Shown here in pieces: positions 1 to 10,636 of a stretch of DNA of 64,000 nt. Position numbers and translations under genes: made by a program. How positions within the stretch are numbered: the stretch's first letter is position 1; the number at the start of each line of letters is the position of its first letter. The DNA comes from a candidate division FCPU426 bacterium (GTDB lineage Bacteria > Oederibacteriota > Muellerivitia > Muellerivitales > Muellerivitaceae): NCBI GenBank assembly GCA_963830915.1, contig CAWHOE010000010.1, positions 57,089 through 121,088 of the forward strand, given 5' to 3'. The notes beneath the pieces were generated by a model. That model made no database searches. It was given only the letters and a program-made list of their open reading frames with translations, and had not been told where the DNA came from.

Positions 1-1779
1 GATGTCATTCAACCTTCCGGGGTCGTCCACGGAGGTGTCTACCAATCGTGTGAATTTCAGGATGCTGTCGGCCATATAGTAAACTACAGCGCCTTCCTGA
101 CTGGTTCTTCTGACAGCGCTTAAATGACAACTCCATGGATTGATCCTGGGTCTTAATAAAGATTGACCCTGCCAAACGCTTGGGAAATCAACACCGGCAA
201 GGTCCGTTATGGTTGGAGCGATATCGATCTGGGTTCCGAAACGCGTTTCGGGAAAGGACGGAAGGGGATGGGAGCCGAAAAAGATCATGGGTATATGGAT
301 CGCTCCAAGGGCTGCGTAACAACCATGCCCATATTCCCCCTTCTCTCCCAGAAGTTGACCATGGTCTCCGGTAAAAACTGCCACATAGTCCTCCAAGTAG
401 CCTTTCTGTTTGAGCATCAATAACAACTTCCTCATCACTGAGTCCATCTGCAAGATACGGTCATCGTAACCGTTGATCGTGGCTTGGATATCCGTCTGAT
501 CTCGACTGCCAGTAAAAACCAGGTTCAGGATGTTACGGTAGGGTTTGTATTGCTGGTAAGGTTCCAGCAATTCACTGAGCTGATGAACGGATATCAAATG
601 GATGTAAAAGAAGTGATACCCTCCGTCGTCCTTCTCGAGATTGGCTACTTCGTCGACCACTAGTTCATCGTCGCAGCTGCCTCTTGGCCCGGGGTGCTCG
701 GATCCGTCAAAGAAAAGATCAATCTTTTTTCCGAAAGATTTATGGTCCAGCTGCCAACCGTGTCCTCCAGCGAGAATGAGACGCGTTTTAAAGCCATGAT
801 CCGAAAGGTAATCGGGAAGAGTGTAATCAAATTGGCACATATTGGTGGGTTCTTTGGAGGTCAACAAACATTGGAGCCCGGTGATGGTTTCTAGGCCATT
901 GGACAAACCCAGGTCCACCTTGACGGCGTTATTTTTGACGAAAAAATCCGAAAGAAAAGGGGTCAAAGGACGGGCATAACCATAAATGGGTAGATGGTCA
1001 GCCCGCATTGCATCTACTACGAAAAGAAATATATTGTGGACCTTGGGGAATTGGCGTTTAACCTTCCTTTCTTCGAGACGATCCTTTCGGACCCAGTCGA
1101 GCCTTTTTCGGGTCATGGGGAAAAGGGAACTTTTAGCCTTGAAGAAGGTGACGACTGGATCATGGCTAAAGTTACCGCTTTTGTCGATGGAAGGATCGGC
1201 GGTTACTACGATGACCACGATGGCCAACCATGTCATGACACAGAAACCTGCTATGAGCCTTCGCCGGTTGGTGTTAAGTTCCTCAAATGCTTCTTTTAAG
1301 GCCCAGTACCAAATGAGCATGTCGCGGACCCTGCCTTCGAAAATAAGGATCAAGGCGACTAGTGGCAGAATCAGCAGGGCAATGAAGAGGGCCCTGGGGA
1401 TATCGAAGTTATCCGCCACATCGAAGAGGTGAGGGATGAAGCCTAAGACTTGGATATAGTTGAGAGTGTCATCCCAAGAGAAATAACCAACTAAAGCGCA
1501 GATGTAAATGAGGTAAAGAATAAAAATGGAAAAAGAAGGGACCAGGACCGCGGGGATAAAAAGCGCCTTGATCCTCCACCTAAGCAATTGGTCCCGGATC
1601 AGGATCATGATGATGAAAGTGTTGATGAGCCAAAGAATCAACACTATAAAATGTTGCCAGACTAAAGAGAATTCGTTGCAGAATCTGGGAAAGACAACGG
1701 AAAGATATGAAATTGACATCAAAACCGGGATCAGGATGATGGGCCAGAGTGTATGTTTTTTTGGGAATGGGGTGGTCAT
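1..1779 (-). CDS. Membrane-anchored sulfatase-like hydrolase/transferase (alkaline phosphatase superfamily, LtaS/EptA-like), 3' truncated by window edge
   Basis: Not in ORF track (no stop in window). Manual translation from ATG at 1779 (MTTPFPKKHTLWPIILIP...) gives several hydrophobic TM segments, then NIFLFVVDAMRADHLPIYGYARPLTPFL, FFYIHLISVH, VFTGDHG, HIPMIF and QIDIAPTI motifs. Frame is consistent down to base 1. Confidence 0.85.
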   Translation of the reverse strand, partial: MTTPFPKKHTLWPIILIPVLMSISYLSVVFPRFCNEFSLVWQHFIVLILWLINTFIIMILIRDQLLRWRIKALFIPAVLVPSFSIFILYLIYICALVGYFSWDDTLNYIQVLGFIPHLFDVADNFDIPRALFIALLILPLVALILIFEGRVRDMLIWYWALKEAFEELNTNRRRLIAGFCVMTWLAIVVIVVTADPSIDKSGNFSHDPVVTFFKAKSSLFPMTRKRLDWVRKDRLEERKVKRQFPKVHNIFLFVVDAMRADHLPIYGYARPLTPFLSDFFVKNNAVKVDLGLSNGLETITGLQCLLTSKEPTNMCQFDYTLPDYLSDHGFKTRLILAGGHGWQLDHKSFGKKIDLFFDGSEHPGPRGSCDDELVVDEVANLEKDDGGYHFFYIHLISVHQLSELLEPYQQYKPYRNILNLVFTGSRDQTDIQATINGYDDRILQMDSVMRKLLLMLKQKGYLEDYVAVFTGDHGQLLGEKGEYGHGCYAALGAIHIPMIFFGSHPLPSFPETRFGTQIDIAPTITDLAGVDFPSVWQGQSLLRPRINPWSCHLSAVRRTSQEGAVVYYMADSILKFTRLVDTSVDDPGRLNDI

Positions 1780-1885
1780 GTTTTCCCTTAACTTGGATTG
1801 GTCAGGCTTCATTATATAAAGGAGTTGGGATGGAACGGTGGAATTTGAGCGGTTGACTTGAAAGGATTCGGTTAAGGCAAGCAAT

Positions 1886-1917
1886 AAAAAAGCCGACCTT
1901 GCGAGGGTGGCTTTTTT
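1886..1917. terminator. Intrinsic terminator hairpin (A6...T6 flanks, probably bidirectional) downstream of trpB2
   Basis: AAAAAAGCCGACC-TTGCGA-GGGTGGCTTTTTT. Confidence 0.7.
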
Positions 1918-1946
1918 ACGTCTGGCGACTAATCAGCGTAAATCTA

Positions 1947-3239
1947 TTATCCGTTCATGAATTCGTCATAAGCGGTGAGGTCCAACATGCCGTGGCCGGA
2001 AAGATTGAAAAGGATGATTCTTTTCTTTCCTTCCTTTTTCGCCTCTTTGGCTTCCGATACCGCCTGGGCGATGGCATGAGAGGACTCGGGGGCCGGAATG
2101 AGACCCTCAGAACGTGAAAAGGACAAAGCGGCATCGAATACCTCTTCTTGAGGAACTGATTTTGCCTCAATGAGTTTTTGGTCCAGTAAGTGACTGACCG
2201 TTGGTGCCATCCCGTGATATCGCAACCCGCCGGCGTGAATGGAAGGCGGCATGAAATCCGCGCCCAGGGTGTACATTTTCATCAGAGGAGTGGTCTGGTT
2301 GGTATCCCCAAAATCATAACGATACTCACCCTTGGTCATGGAGGGGCAGGAAGAAGGTTCCACGGCCACGATGCGAGTTTTTTTGCCTTTTTTGAGGTTC
2401 TGTTCCACGAAGGGAAATGCGATGCCGGCGAAGTTTGAGCCGCCTCCAGCACAGCCAATGACCACGTCTGGATACTCGCCGGCCAATTCCATCTGTTTCA
2501 GCGATTCTTGGCCGATGACCGTTTGATGCATGCAAACGTGGTTCAGTACCGATCCAAGCGCGTATTTAGTGTTGGGAGTCTTGGTGATGTCCTCAATAGC
2601 CTCGGAAATGGCGATACCCAGGCTTCCCGGGCAATCCGGGTCCTGGTGAAGTACCTTGCGGCCATACTCGGTCTCGTGACTAGGTGACGGGAATACTTTG
2701 GCTCCCCAAGTCTGCATCATGAGTTTGCGGTAGGGTTTCTGGTGGAAGCTAACCCTAACCATAAATACGCGACATTCTATGCCGAAAAGTTTACAAGCCA
2801 TGGCCAAAGATGAGCCCCATTGGCCCGCTCCGGTTTCGGTGGAAATCCGTTTGGTCCCGGCCTGCTTGTTGTAATAAGCCTGGGGAACGGCGGTATTGGG
2901 TTTATGAGAACCGGCGGGGGAGACGCCCTCGTATTTGTAATAGATATGGGCGGGCGTGTCGAGGAGCTTTTCAAATCGGGTCGCCCGCAATAAGGGAGTT
3001 GGGCGCCAGAGGGAATAGATATCCCTAACTTCTGCCGGGATTTCGATGCGATTCTCTGGACTCATTTCCTGCATGACTAAGTTTTCGGGGAAGATTGCGG
3101 TCATCAGGTCAGGGGTCACGGGTTGCTTGGTACCTGGATGGAGCGGCGGAGGCATCGGAACAGGGAAATCAGGAAGGATGTTGTACCAATGGGTGGGAAT
3201 GTCCTTTTGGGTCAGGTCGAAACGAGTGTTGTTGCTCAT
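1947..3239 (-). CDS. trpB2: TrpB2, stand-alone tryptophan synthase beta-like PLP enzyme
   Basis: IPTHWYNI N-terminus, GSHKPNTA (PLP Lys), [37 protein letters not shown]. Confidence 0.95.
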   Translation of the reverse strand: MSNNTRFDLTQKDIPTHWYNILPDFPVPMPPPLHPGTKQPVTPDLMTAIFPENLVMQEMSPENRIEIPAEVRDIYSLWRPTPLLRATRFEKLLDTPAHIYYKYEGVSPAGSHKPNTAVPQAYYNKQAGTKRISTETGAGQWGSSLAMACKLFGIECRVFMVRVSFHQKPYRKLMMQTWGAKVFPSPSHETEYGRKVLHQDPDCPGSLGIAISEAIEDITKTPNTKYALGSVLNHVCMHQTVIGQESLKQMELAGEYPDVVIGCAGGGSNFAGIAFPFVEQNLKKGKKTRIVAVEPSSCPSMTKGEYRYDFGDTNQTTPLMKMYTLGADFMPPSIHAGGLRYHGMAPTVSHLLDQKLIEAKSVPQEEVFDAALSFSRSEGLIPAPESSHAIAQAVSEAKEAKKEGKKRIILFNLSGHGMLDLTAYDEFMNG

Positions 3240-3523
3240 GGTTTATCCTTTTTATCTGGGATGATTGATCGGTCAAACGAGACCAAATTATAAAAGGATT
3301 CGAGGCTACTCAGCACCGCTTTTTGTATGTTTTTTTGGGGTTGAAGGGGTGAAAAGAATGCAAGATTGGATTGATTCGCCAATAAAAGACAAGGTTTAAG
3401 CTTTCATCTTTAACAAGTTTGTTATTGGATTCCGCCGACGTCCCTGTTGGTTGTTGTGGTAATATTTCAACAGAGAACCGTCTATATAAAAGATATACAT
3501 ACGAAAATCCTAAGGAAAATCCA

Positions 3524-5134
3524 TTGCGTATAAGCTTACGACCTTTCCTTTTTCTCCTCTTGTTCGTTACGTTATTCACGATGGGCAGGGGCTGGGCTCA
3601 AAATCTAACTCTTCAAAAAAGCGCTTCTCCCTCTGTTTCCGCTTTTGGGGACACAGTCACCATCTGCATGACCCTTTCGGCCAATGTCACGATCAAAGCT
3701 GACATCGCATGGATCATTGATGTCACTGGTTCCATGGGTGGAGCGCTAGGCAACATCATTAGCGACATTACGACATTTACCAACAATTTAGCTGCTGCAG
3801 GAATCGACTACCAAAATGGATTAGTTTGCTATAGGGATATCAATTATCCGGATTTGGCTGGAGAGCCGAACCTAGCTGTTTATCCCCTGACGAACAACAA
3901 CGCAACCCTGATCGCTGAATTGTCCGCACAATCAGCCGAGGGAGGGGGCGATACCCCCGAATCGGGGTTGGAAGGTCTCCAGGCCGCGGTTTCGGCAACG
4001 AATTATACCGAACCGACTGTTCCGTTGAACTGGAGGCCTGACGCCTCCCACACAATGATCATGGTCACGGACGCGGGAGTTCATTCGGTCGAATTCGACG
4101 GGAAAAGCTCACTTTCCTTTATTAATTTTCCCGCAAGCCTTGCCGCACAGGGGTTCAAGATCGACGCGATTAGTTCGGATTGCAGTATCGCTCCTAATAC
4201 CTGTACTGATAGCGGGGCCGCCTGTACCTACTGCTCACCCGAAGTCATAGCTTCTTCAACTGGTGGAGTTTGGATGCCATTGTCATCTTCCGCTTCCGCC
4301 TGGGTCACTTTCATGTCGACCTTGAGTTCGAGTGTGGAGAGCTATACCAACGTGGTCATTACTGATCCGCTTCCCGCTGGTTTGGTACCGATTCCTGGCA
4401 TGTCGGGAGGGGCCAGTATTGTTGGCAATACACTTTCATGGACGATTCCGCTGGTATCTTTTGGTATGACTCCAACTCCCGTGGTGGAATGCGCGGCGGT
4501 CACTCTTTCCTCAAATATGCCAGGCACGATCTTGAACACCAGCTATGTCACGGCTTCCGGAGTCAGCCAGGTGACGGGAAACACAATTAGTATTATTAGT
4601 TACGGAACGACTCCTACGCCCACCTATACCCAAACCTTATCGCCAACCCCTACCTTAAGTCCCACTCAAACCTATACTCCCACGCAAACTTACACGCCCA
4701 CCCAAACCTTTACCCCTACCCAGACTTTCACACCTACCTTTACTGGAACAAACACCGATACCTTTACGGCCACCCTGACGGCCACAATAACCTGGACCAA
4801 CACTCCGACCATGACCCCTACCCAAACCAACACCTTTACGGTGACACCCACACCGACCATTCCCTTGAGGCTCTGGCCCAATCCTTATAACCCCAGCCTA
4901 GCGGTCGGGGGAACCTTGAAGGTCGGTTTAATGCCCCCTGGTTCCACCTTCAGCATCTATACGGTTTCAGGAGAGCTGGTCTTCAAGGCCTCAGAGGTCC
5001 AGGGTTACGTTCATTGGGACGATCGGAACCGATTTGGTTCGTTTGTTTCCGCTGGCATTTACTTCTATGTTGTTCAACAGGGCACTCAGACCCTCTTGAC
5101 GGGCAAACTTTTGATAACTGGCAATAGTTCCTGA
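3524..5134 (+). CDS. Secreted VWA-domain protein (VWA inserted in a DUF11-like Ig domain) with Thr/Pro linker and C-terminal sorting-like domain
   Basis: Likely TTG start at 3524 after AAGGA (ORF track starts at 3419). Signal peptide ending GWAQ, MIDAS DVTGS, GGGDTPE, MVTDA, TPT linker, CTD WPNPYNP...IYTVSGELV...WDDRN...GIYFY...GKLLI. Confidence 0.8.
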   Translation: MRISLRPFLFLLLFVTLFTMGRGWAQNLTLQKSASPSVSAFGDTVTICMTLSANVTIKADIAWIIDVTGSMGGALGNIISDITTFTNNLAAAGIDYQNGLVCYRDINYPDLAGEPNLAVYPLTNNNATLIAELSAQSAEGGGDTPESGLEGLQAAVSATNYTEPTVPLNWRPDASHTMIMVTDAGVHSVEFDGKSSLSFINFPASLAAQGFKIDAISSDCSIAPNTCTDSGAACTYCSPEVIASSTGGVWMPLSSSASAWVTFMSTLSSSVESYTNVVITDPLPAGLVPIPGMSGGASIVGNTLSWTIPLVSFGMTPTPVVECAAVTLSSNMPGTILNTSYVTASGVSQVTGNTISIISYGTTPTPTYTQTLSPTPTLSPTQTYTPTQTYTPTQTFTPTQTFTPTFTGTNTDTFTATLTATITWTNTPTMTPTQTNTFTVTPTPTIPLRLWPNPYNPSLAVGGTLKVGLMPPGSTFSIYTVSGELVFKASEVQGYVHWDDRNRFGSFVSAGIYFYVVQQGTQTLLTGKLLITGNSS

Positions 5135-5346
5135 GGTTTGGTGGTTTCCTGATTTTTTGTCATTCCTGTCCCTCATTCTAACAGGTGCTATCCACCAGGG
5201 GACTCTTCCGCTTCCCCTGGGACTTCCTGGTTGAAAACGTTTTTTCTAACTATATTGGCTCCCCGAACGAAGATTCGTTTCGGTTTTACTTGGCAAAAAC
5301 CATATAATCGTTCGTCGGTCGCTAATCTCCGCCGGGGAACGAGAAC

Positions 5347-8067
5347 ATGGCGCAAGAACCACCCAAGATGACCCTTGAAGAATTGTTCACTCCTGTTGAA
5401 TCGAATACCGCCTCTCCTGTTCTCCCCGCTCTCTCTGCCCCGGTCAATCCGCTTATCGGAAGGGAACGGGAACTTCAGGAAATCCGCTCCTTGCTGGAGG
5501 ATCCTTCCTGCCGTCTCTTGAGTCTGGTGGGTCCGGGCGGGGTTGGTAAATCCCGTTTGGCTTTGCAAGTGGCGTTAGAAAGCAAAGGCCGTTTCGCCGA
5601 TGGCGTCTGTTTCGTTTATTTGGTGTCCGTTCAATCCGCCGAACTCCTAGCCGCCGCAATCGCCAATGCTTTCAAGATCTCCTTTTATGGCCAGGAGGAT
5701 ATGAGAAAACAGGTCCTGAATTTCATGAGGGAAAAAGAAATTCTGCTTTTCCTGGATAATTTCGAGCACTTACTGGAGGAGTCGGATTGGTTGGTGAAGA
5801 TCCGGGAGGAATGCCCCAAAGTAAAGATTGTCGTGACCTCCCGGGAAAGCCTCGGTTTGAAAGGTGAAAGACTATTCATGGTCAAGGGCCTGCGATATCC
5901 CTCCGATGAGTCGGAAAAGGAAATCGATGGGTATGGGGCGGTCCAATTGTTCCAATTGGAAGCGAAGAATGCCCACGACGGGTTCATTGTGGAAGAGAAT
6001 CAGAAACCCTATCTGATCTCGTTATGTCAATTCCTCGATGGGATGCCCCTGGGGCTAGGGTTGGCAGCTTCCTGTGTGAAGACGCATAGCCTGGAAGACA
6101 TCTTGACCGAGGTGAAGCACAACCGTGATTTTCTTGCGAGCACTTACGGGGATATCCCGGAAAGGCATCGAAGCATTCGGGCAGTATTCGAGTCTTCTTG
6201 GAATGCCTTGACCCCGGGTAAAAAAACGGTACTCAGCCAACTATCGGTCTTTCAAAGTGGCTTCACCGGAGAGGCGTCACAGGCTGTAACAGGGGCTCCG
6301 GCCCCTCAGTTGATGCTTTTGGCAGACAAATCCCTTTTGGAAAAATCCTCCACCGGTCGATTTAGCCTTCATCCCCTTCTCAAACAATATCTCGAGGAAA
6401 AATTGGAGGAGACCCCGGAAATTCGGGAAAAAACCAGGGATAACTTAAGTGATTACTTCGCCGGCTTCGTTGGGGAGAGAGCTCTTTTGCTCCATGGGCC
6501 AAGGCAGAAGGAGGCCTTGGAAGATATCAAAATAGAGTCGGAAAATATACGGGTCGCCTGGACCCGTTTACTGGAAAAGGGACCGGCCGAGAAGGTGGAA
6601 TTTTTCCTGGATCCTATTTTCCTTTATTTCGAGGTGCGAGGCCTTTATGGGGAAGGGGAAAAGATATTCAACGCTGCCGCAAAGGTGGTCGCCGACAGGT
6701 TAGCCCGCGATGAATCGGCGCCTAGGGCTTTACGGGCGCTTTATGGCGACCTGACGGCTCGCCAGGGAACTTTCTTTTATCAACAGGGCGACAATGGCAG
6801 GGCTAACGAGATCCTGCGGTCCAGTTTGACCCTTCTTCAGGAAGTGGGTTCGGGGAAACAGATTGCCTTCGCCGTTAACCACCTTTGTTTCGTACTTTCG
6901 CTGATCAGCGGGAATTTCCAGGAAGCGAAGGATCTGCTGGAAAAGGTCATTTCGCCCTGCGAGAAGCGGGGGGATAAACCAATGTTGGCCCTATCTTTGA
7001 AGAATTTGGGGTATGTGAATTGGCGGATGGGGAACTACACGGAAGCTCGCCAGCAGTTCCACCGAAGCCAGAACATCTTCCAGGAATTGGGGGACGCTGA
7101 TTCCTTGGCCATCGTTCTGACCGAGATCGTGAATCTAGCTTTCGACCAAAGCCGTTATGAAGAGGCGGAGGAACTTTGCCTGCAAAGCCTGAAAGTCTAT
7201 AAGGAAATCGGGCATCGAAGCGGAGAAGCTTGGACCCTAGGAAAGCTGGCTAATATCCATTGGGCCAGGGGAAATTACGAGATCGCGCAGAAGCTTTACG
7301 CCCAGGCCCTCCGCCATTTCAGGGATACGGGTGACCGGGAGGGTGTGGCCTGGGCCCAGAATTCAATCGGTTTGAATCTGAGGTCCATGGGGGATTGCGA
7401 AAGCGCCCTTAAATGTTTTCAGGAGGGTATCGAGATCTATCAAGGGGTGGGTCACCGATGGGGCGCGGCCTGGTCCATGGCCAACCGGGCTTTCCTGGAG
7501 TGTGTCCTGGGACATTATGCCGAGGCAACCAAAGATTTCATGGGGAGTTATGAGACCTTCAAATCCATCGAGAACCCCTGGGGAACCGCCTTCGCACTGG
7601 ATGGTCTGGGATGGGTAGCCTTCGGTCAGGGCAGGGTGGAAGAGGCGCTGAAGTATTATTCCGAGTCTTTTTCTATTTTCAGAAAGAACGGGAACCAAAG
7701 GGATGAAAGTATGGTTCTCTGTCATCTGGGAGAGGCGGCCTTGGTCTGTCAGGAACCGGTCGAGGCCCGGAAATATCTGACCCCGGCATTGAGGACGGCT
7801 ATGGAAATATTCGCAATTCCGGTCATCCTGAAGATCATGTTCGAGGCCTGTCTGCTCGCGGCCCAGGAGAAAAAAACGGAGGTTGCCCTGATCGGCGCAT
7901 TCTTCATCTTGAACCACACAGCCACCGAATGGGAAGTGAAGGAAAAGGCCAGGGTTTTGATCAACGGTTTCAAGGAAGTCTTGGGTGACACGAAATTCGC
8001 CGAGTTGGACCAAAAATCAAAAGGCGTTCAGCTAAAGCAGGCCGCGGAAGACTTACTGGCGAAGTGA
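5347..8067 (+). CDS. STAND (NB-ARC/AfsR-like) ATPase with C-terminal TPR array
   Basis: LIGRERE, Walker A GPGGVGKS, Walker B LLFLDNFEH, VTSRE, LDGMPLGL, RHRSIRAVFESSW, many TPR-like repeats. Confidence 0.9.
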   Translation: MAQEPPKMTLEELFTPVESNTASPVLPALSAPVNPLIGRERELQEIRSLLEDPSCRLLSLVGPGGVGKSRLALQVALESKGRFADGVCFVYLVSVQSAELLAAAIANAFKISFYGQEDMRKQVLNFMREKEILLFLDNFEHLLEESDWLVKIREECPKVKIVVTSRESLGLKGERLFMVKGLRYPSDESEKEIDGYGAVQLFQLEAKNAHDGFIVEENQKPYLISLCQFLDGMPLGLGLAASCVKTHSLEDILTEVKHNRDFLASTYGDIPERHRSIRAVFESSWNALTPGKKTVLSQLSVFQSGFTGEASQAVTGAPAPQLMLLADKSLLEKSSTGRFSLHPLLKQYLEEKLEETPEIREKTRDNLSDYFAGFVGERALLLHGPRQKEALEDIKIESENIRVAWTRLLEKGPAEKVEFFLDPIFLYFEVRGLYGEGEKIFNAAAKVVADRLARDESAPRALRALYGDLTARQGTFFYQQGDNGRANEILRSSLTLLQEVGSGKQIAFAVNHLCFVLSLISGNFQEAKDLLEKVISPCEKRGDKPMLALSLKNLGYVNWRMGNYTEARQQFHRSQNIFQELGDADSLAIVLTEIVNLAFDQSRYEEAEELCLQSLKVYKEIGHRSGEAWTLGKLANIHWARGNYEIAQKLYAQALRHFRDTGDREGVAWAQNSIGLNLRSMGDCESALKCFQEGIEIYQGVGHRWGAAWSMANRAFLECVLGHYAEATKDFMGSYETFKSIENPWGTAFALDGLGWVAFGQGRVEEALKYYSESFSIFRKNGNQRDESMVLCHLGEAALVCQEPVEARKYLTPALRTAMEIFAIPVILKIMFEACLLAAQEKKTEVALIGAFFILNHTATEWEVKEKARVLINGFKEVLGDTKFAELDQKSKGVQLKQAAEDLLAK

Positions 8068-8149
8068 TTTAACCTAAAATTCGTTTTGCGATGATAGTTG
8101 TGTACGAAATAATATCGATCAATAGAAAATAGAAAAGGAAAGAAAACTA

Positions 8150-8863
8150 ATGAAACCCAATACGTTATCCATCGATGTGGGCGGAACCGGGCTCAAGGCT
8201 TCGGTACTGGATAAGGACGGAAAGATGCTTGTGGACCGGGTTCGCGTGGAAACACCAATTCCCTGTCCGCCCGCTGTTTTGATGGACTCCCTGGATGAGT
8301 TGATCCGACCCCTTCCGGAGTTCGACCGGGTTTCGATAGGGTTCCCTGGGGTGGTCCGCGAAGGGAAGGTCATTACCGCGCCTAATCTTGGCACTCCTAA
8401 GCCCTGGTCCCATTATCCCCTGGCCAAAGCCCTTGAACATAAATGGGGGAAGCCGGTTCGAATCCTTAATGACGCAGACATGCAGGGTTTGGCGGTCATC
8501 AAGGGCAAGGGATTGGAAATGGTGGTAACGCTTGGCACGGGAGTGGGAACGGCTCTTTATCGCGACGGGGTCCTGATGGCTCACCTTGAATTGGCCCACC
8601 ATCCAGTGCATGGAGACAAGACCTACAACCAGTACATCGGCGATAAGGTCCTGATCAAGAAGGGCAAGAAAAAATGGAACCAGAGGGTTCGGAAGGTCCT
8701 GGATATCCTTTACACGCTCATCAATTACGACACGGTCTTTATCGGCGGGGGGAACGCCAGGCTCATTAAGTTCAAGCTAGAGAAGAACATGAAGGTGGTC
8801 TCTAACCAGGCGGGCATTCTGGGTGGTATCGCCCTTTGGAGGGACGACCGAAACAAGGTTTAG
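8150..8863 (+). CDS. ppgK: ROK-family sugar kinase, polyphosphate glucokinase-like
   Basis: IDVGGTGLK, IGFPGVV, NDADMQGL, TLGTGVGTAL, LELAH, IGGGN. Lacks the Cys zinc motif, as in PPGK. Confidence 0.75.
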   Translation: MKPNTLSIDVGGTGLKASVLDKDGKMLVDRVRVETPIPCPPAVLMDSLDELIRPLPEFDRVSIGFPGVVREGKVITAPNLGTPKPWSHYPLAKALEHKWGKPVRILNDADMQGLAVIKGKGLEMVVTLGTGVGTALYRDGVLMAHLELAHHPVHGDKTYNQYIGDKVLIKKGKKKWNQRVRKVLDILYTLINYDTVFIGGGNARLIKFKLEKNMKVVSNQAGILGGIALWRDDRNKV

Positions 8864-9828
8864 CTTTTTTTGCTGATATAGGAACCCATGTCGGGCGGTG
8901 GCTCGGCTGTGAACGAGACTAACTTCCCGGTGCCCGGATGTTTAAAACTCAATTTTCCAGCGTGCAATAGATGTCGGGATATCCCATCCGGGCCCGGGGT
9001 CGAGGGGTCTGTTCCGTTCTTAACGGCCTTCACGAATTCCAAAAATTGTTCGTCCGTTCTTCCGTACAACTTATCCCCGACCAGGGGATGTCCCAATGAA
9101 TCCAAGTGCACCCGGATCTGGTTGGTCCGGCCAGTCTTGGGAACGCATTTGAGAAGGGTGGCTTCCTGGAGCCCTTGGACCTTCTCAAATAAGGTCAGGG
9201 AAGGTTTGGAGTTGGGAGTGCCCGATGGTACGACCTTATGCCGGATGGAGATTGCGCTTTCCGTATCACGGGTGATGGCCCCCTCCACTTGGAATCGATC
9301 CTCCTTGACCAAGCCCTTTACGACCGCTAAGTATTCTTTCTCCACCAGTCCCTGTTCGAATTGACGGGTCAGGGCCAGGTGGCTTTCCCTGTCCTTGGCC
9401 ACCACCATTAAACCGCTGGTTTCCCGGTCAAGCCGATGGACCAGACGGACATCGCCTTCCCATCCCTGAGCGCGGACCATTTCGGTAACCAGGTAAATGA
9501 ATGTGTTCTTGATGTAGTTGCCATCGGCGTGAGATGGAAGCTGACCTGGTTTGACCGCCACAAGGAATGTATCCTCCTCGTGGACAATCCCTATATGCCG
9601 ATCCACGGACGGTTCTTTCAGGATGACCCGATAGGAGACCAAGTCTCCTTTGCGCAGGAGCTGTCCCGGGATGCCTTGTTTGCCGTTAACCTGGACTTTT
9701 CCTTGGCCGATCAAAGAGGACCAGTTTTCTATGGTCTGGTAGCGGAACCTGGAGGAAAGATATTCCAGTAGTGTCTTACCCTTGGAAAGCGGGGGAACTT
9801 TGGATTGAAGGATGGTTTCTTCGTTCAT
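8860..9828 (-). CDS. RluA/RluD-family pseudouridine synthase with N-terminal S4-like domain
   Basis: KPGQLPSH, VHRLDRETSG (catalytic Asp), TGRTNQIRVH, GDKLYG, LHA. ATG at 9828 preferred (AGGA RBS). Confidence 0.92.
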   Translation of the reverse strand: MNEETILQSKVPPLSKGKTLLEYLSSRFRYQTIENWSSLIGQGKVQVNGKQGIPGQLLRKGDLVSYRVILKEPSVDRHIGIVHEEDTFLVAVKPGQLPSHADGNYIKNTFIYLVTEMVRAQGWEGDVRLVHRLDRETSGLMVVAKDRESHLALTRQFEQGLVEKEYLAVVKGLVKEDRFQVEGAITRDTESAISIRHKVVPSGTPNSKPSLTLFEKVQGLQEATLLKCVPKTGRTNQIRVHLDSLGHPLVGDKLYGRTDEQFLEFVKAVKNGTDPSTPGPDGISRHLLHAGKLSFKHPGTGKLVSFTAEPPPDMGSYISKKS

Positions 9829-9899
9829 TGGATTCCTAAGAGGTCCCGGCAACTTCGAGAAACTACAAATGCGCGGGTGGTTTGAGGTAAGCTACTCTC

Positions 9900-10625
9900 A
9901 TGGGCAATAAACAATTTATCACACTCATCGCCATTTTTTTTGCCTGCTTTTTCGGATGGCTTTATTATGATTCCCAGCAGGATGCCCAGTCCGTACGGGC
10001 CCAGAAGGTCACTCGGGATCTGCTTTCGGGCGGGTCAGGATCCGGCGCCACTGTCGAGTACCTATACCATTTTCCGGACACGGTTTATTCCCACCAGTTG
10101 ACCACCCAACAGATCGAGGATCTGGACCGCGCCCGCGGTTCATCTGAGGATAACCATATATACGGTCTCACGGTCGCCGACTTCAAAGCCAACGCTCTTT
10201 ATCGGTGCAACGGCTCGAAGAAATGGTTCAAGGACGAGTATGCCATGTGGGTGGAGAACCTACAGGTGGAGTTCGCTTATAACACCATCACGGTCTATGT
10301 GACCAGCGGCTATCCGGATGAGTCTTGTGAGTACGAACAAACCTTGGCCCATGAAAAGCAACATGTCCAGATACACCGGGAGGTCTATCTCCAGTACCAG
10401 AAGGTCCTTCAGGACGCCATGGCGGCGGCGCCTGAGATACCAACTCAGGACCGCCCGATTACCGTCACGACCTGGGATGAAGGGAAGGAAAGGCTAAGCA
10501 AGATCATTTCGGGGGTGGTCGATCCAGTCTTTGATAAGTTTGGGCAAGCCCTCGCCGAAGAACAGGCGAAGATCGACACGCAGGAAAGTTATAACGAATT
10601 GCGGAGCCGCTGCCAGCATTGGTGA
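9900..10625 (+). CDS. Membrane-anchored/exported hypothetical protein, possible zinc metallopeptidase (DUF922-like)
   Basis: N-terminal hydrophobic segment, AHEKQH (HExxH). Confidence 0.6.
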   Translation: MGNKQFITLIAIFFACFFGWLYYDSQQDAQSVRAQKVTRDLLSGGSGSGATVEYLYHFPDTVYSHQLTTQQIEDLDRARGSSEDNHIYGLTVADFKANALYRCNGSKKWFKDEYAMWVENLQVEFAYNTITVYVTSGYPDESCEYEQTLAHEKQHVQIHREVYLQYQKVLQDAMAAAPEIPTQDRPITVTTWDEGKERLSKIISGVVDPVFDKFGQALAEEQAKIDTQESYNELRSRCQHW

Positions 10626-10636
10626 GGTTTAGCCAT

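Noticed and set aside
163..1819. Plus-strand short ORFs in the first 1.8 kb
   Set aside because: Antisense to the sulfatase-like gene that the ORF track missed because it runs off the window edge
4610..4860. Short periodic repeats resembling a CRISPR array or VNTR (also 44430-44700, 45640-45900)
   Set aside because: In-frame degenerate 6/18-bp coding repeats for TPT linkers, with no constant repeat plus unique spacers and no cas genes
5195..5220. Hairpin CCAGGGGA-N10-TCCCCTGG after the VWA gene
   Set aside because: No adjacent U-tract and a single occurrence, so insufficient to call a terminator or repeat
5347..8067. Avs-type antiphage STAND system
   Set aside because: Motifs match the regulatory AfsR-like clade, and there is no nuclease, TIR, SIR2 or other defence gene nearby
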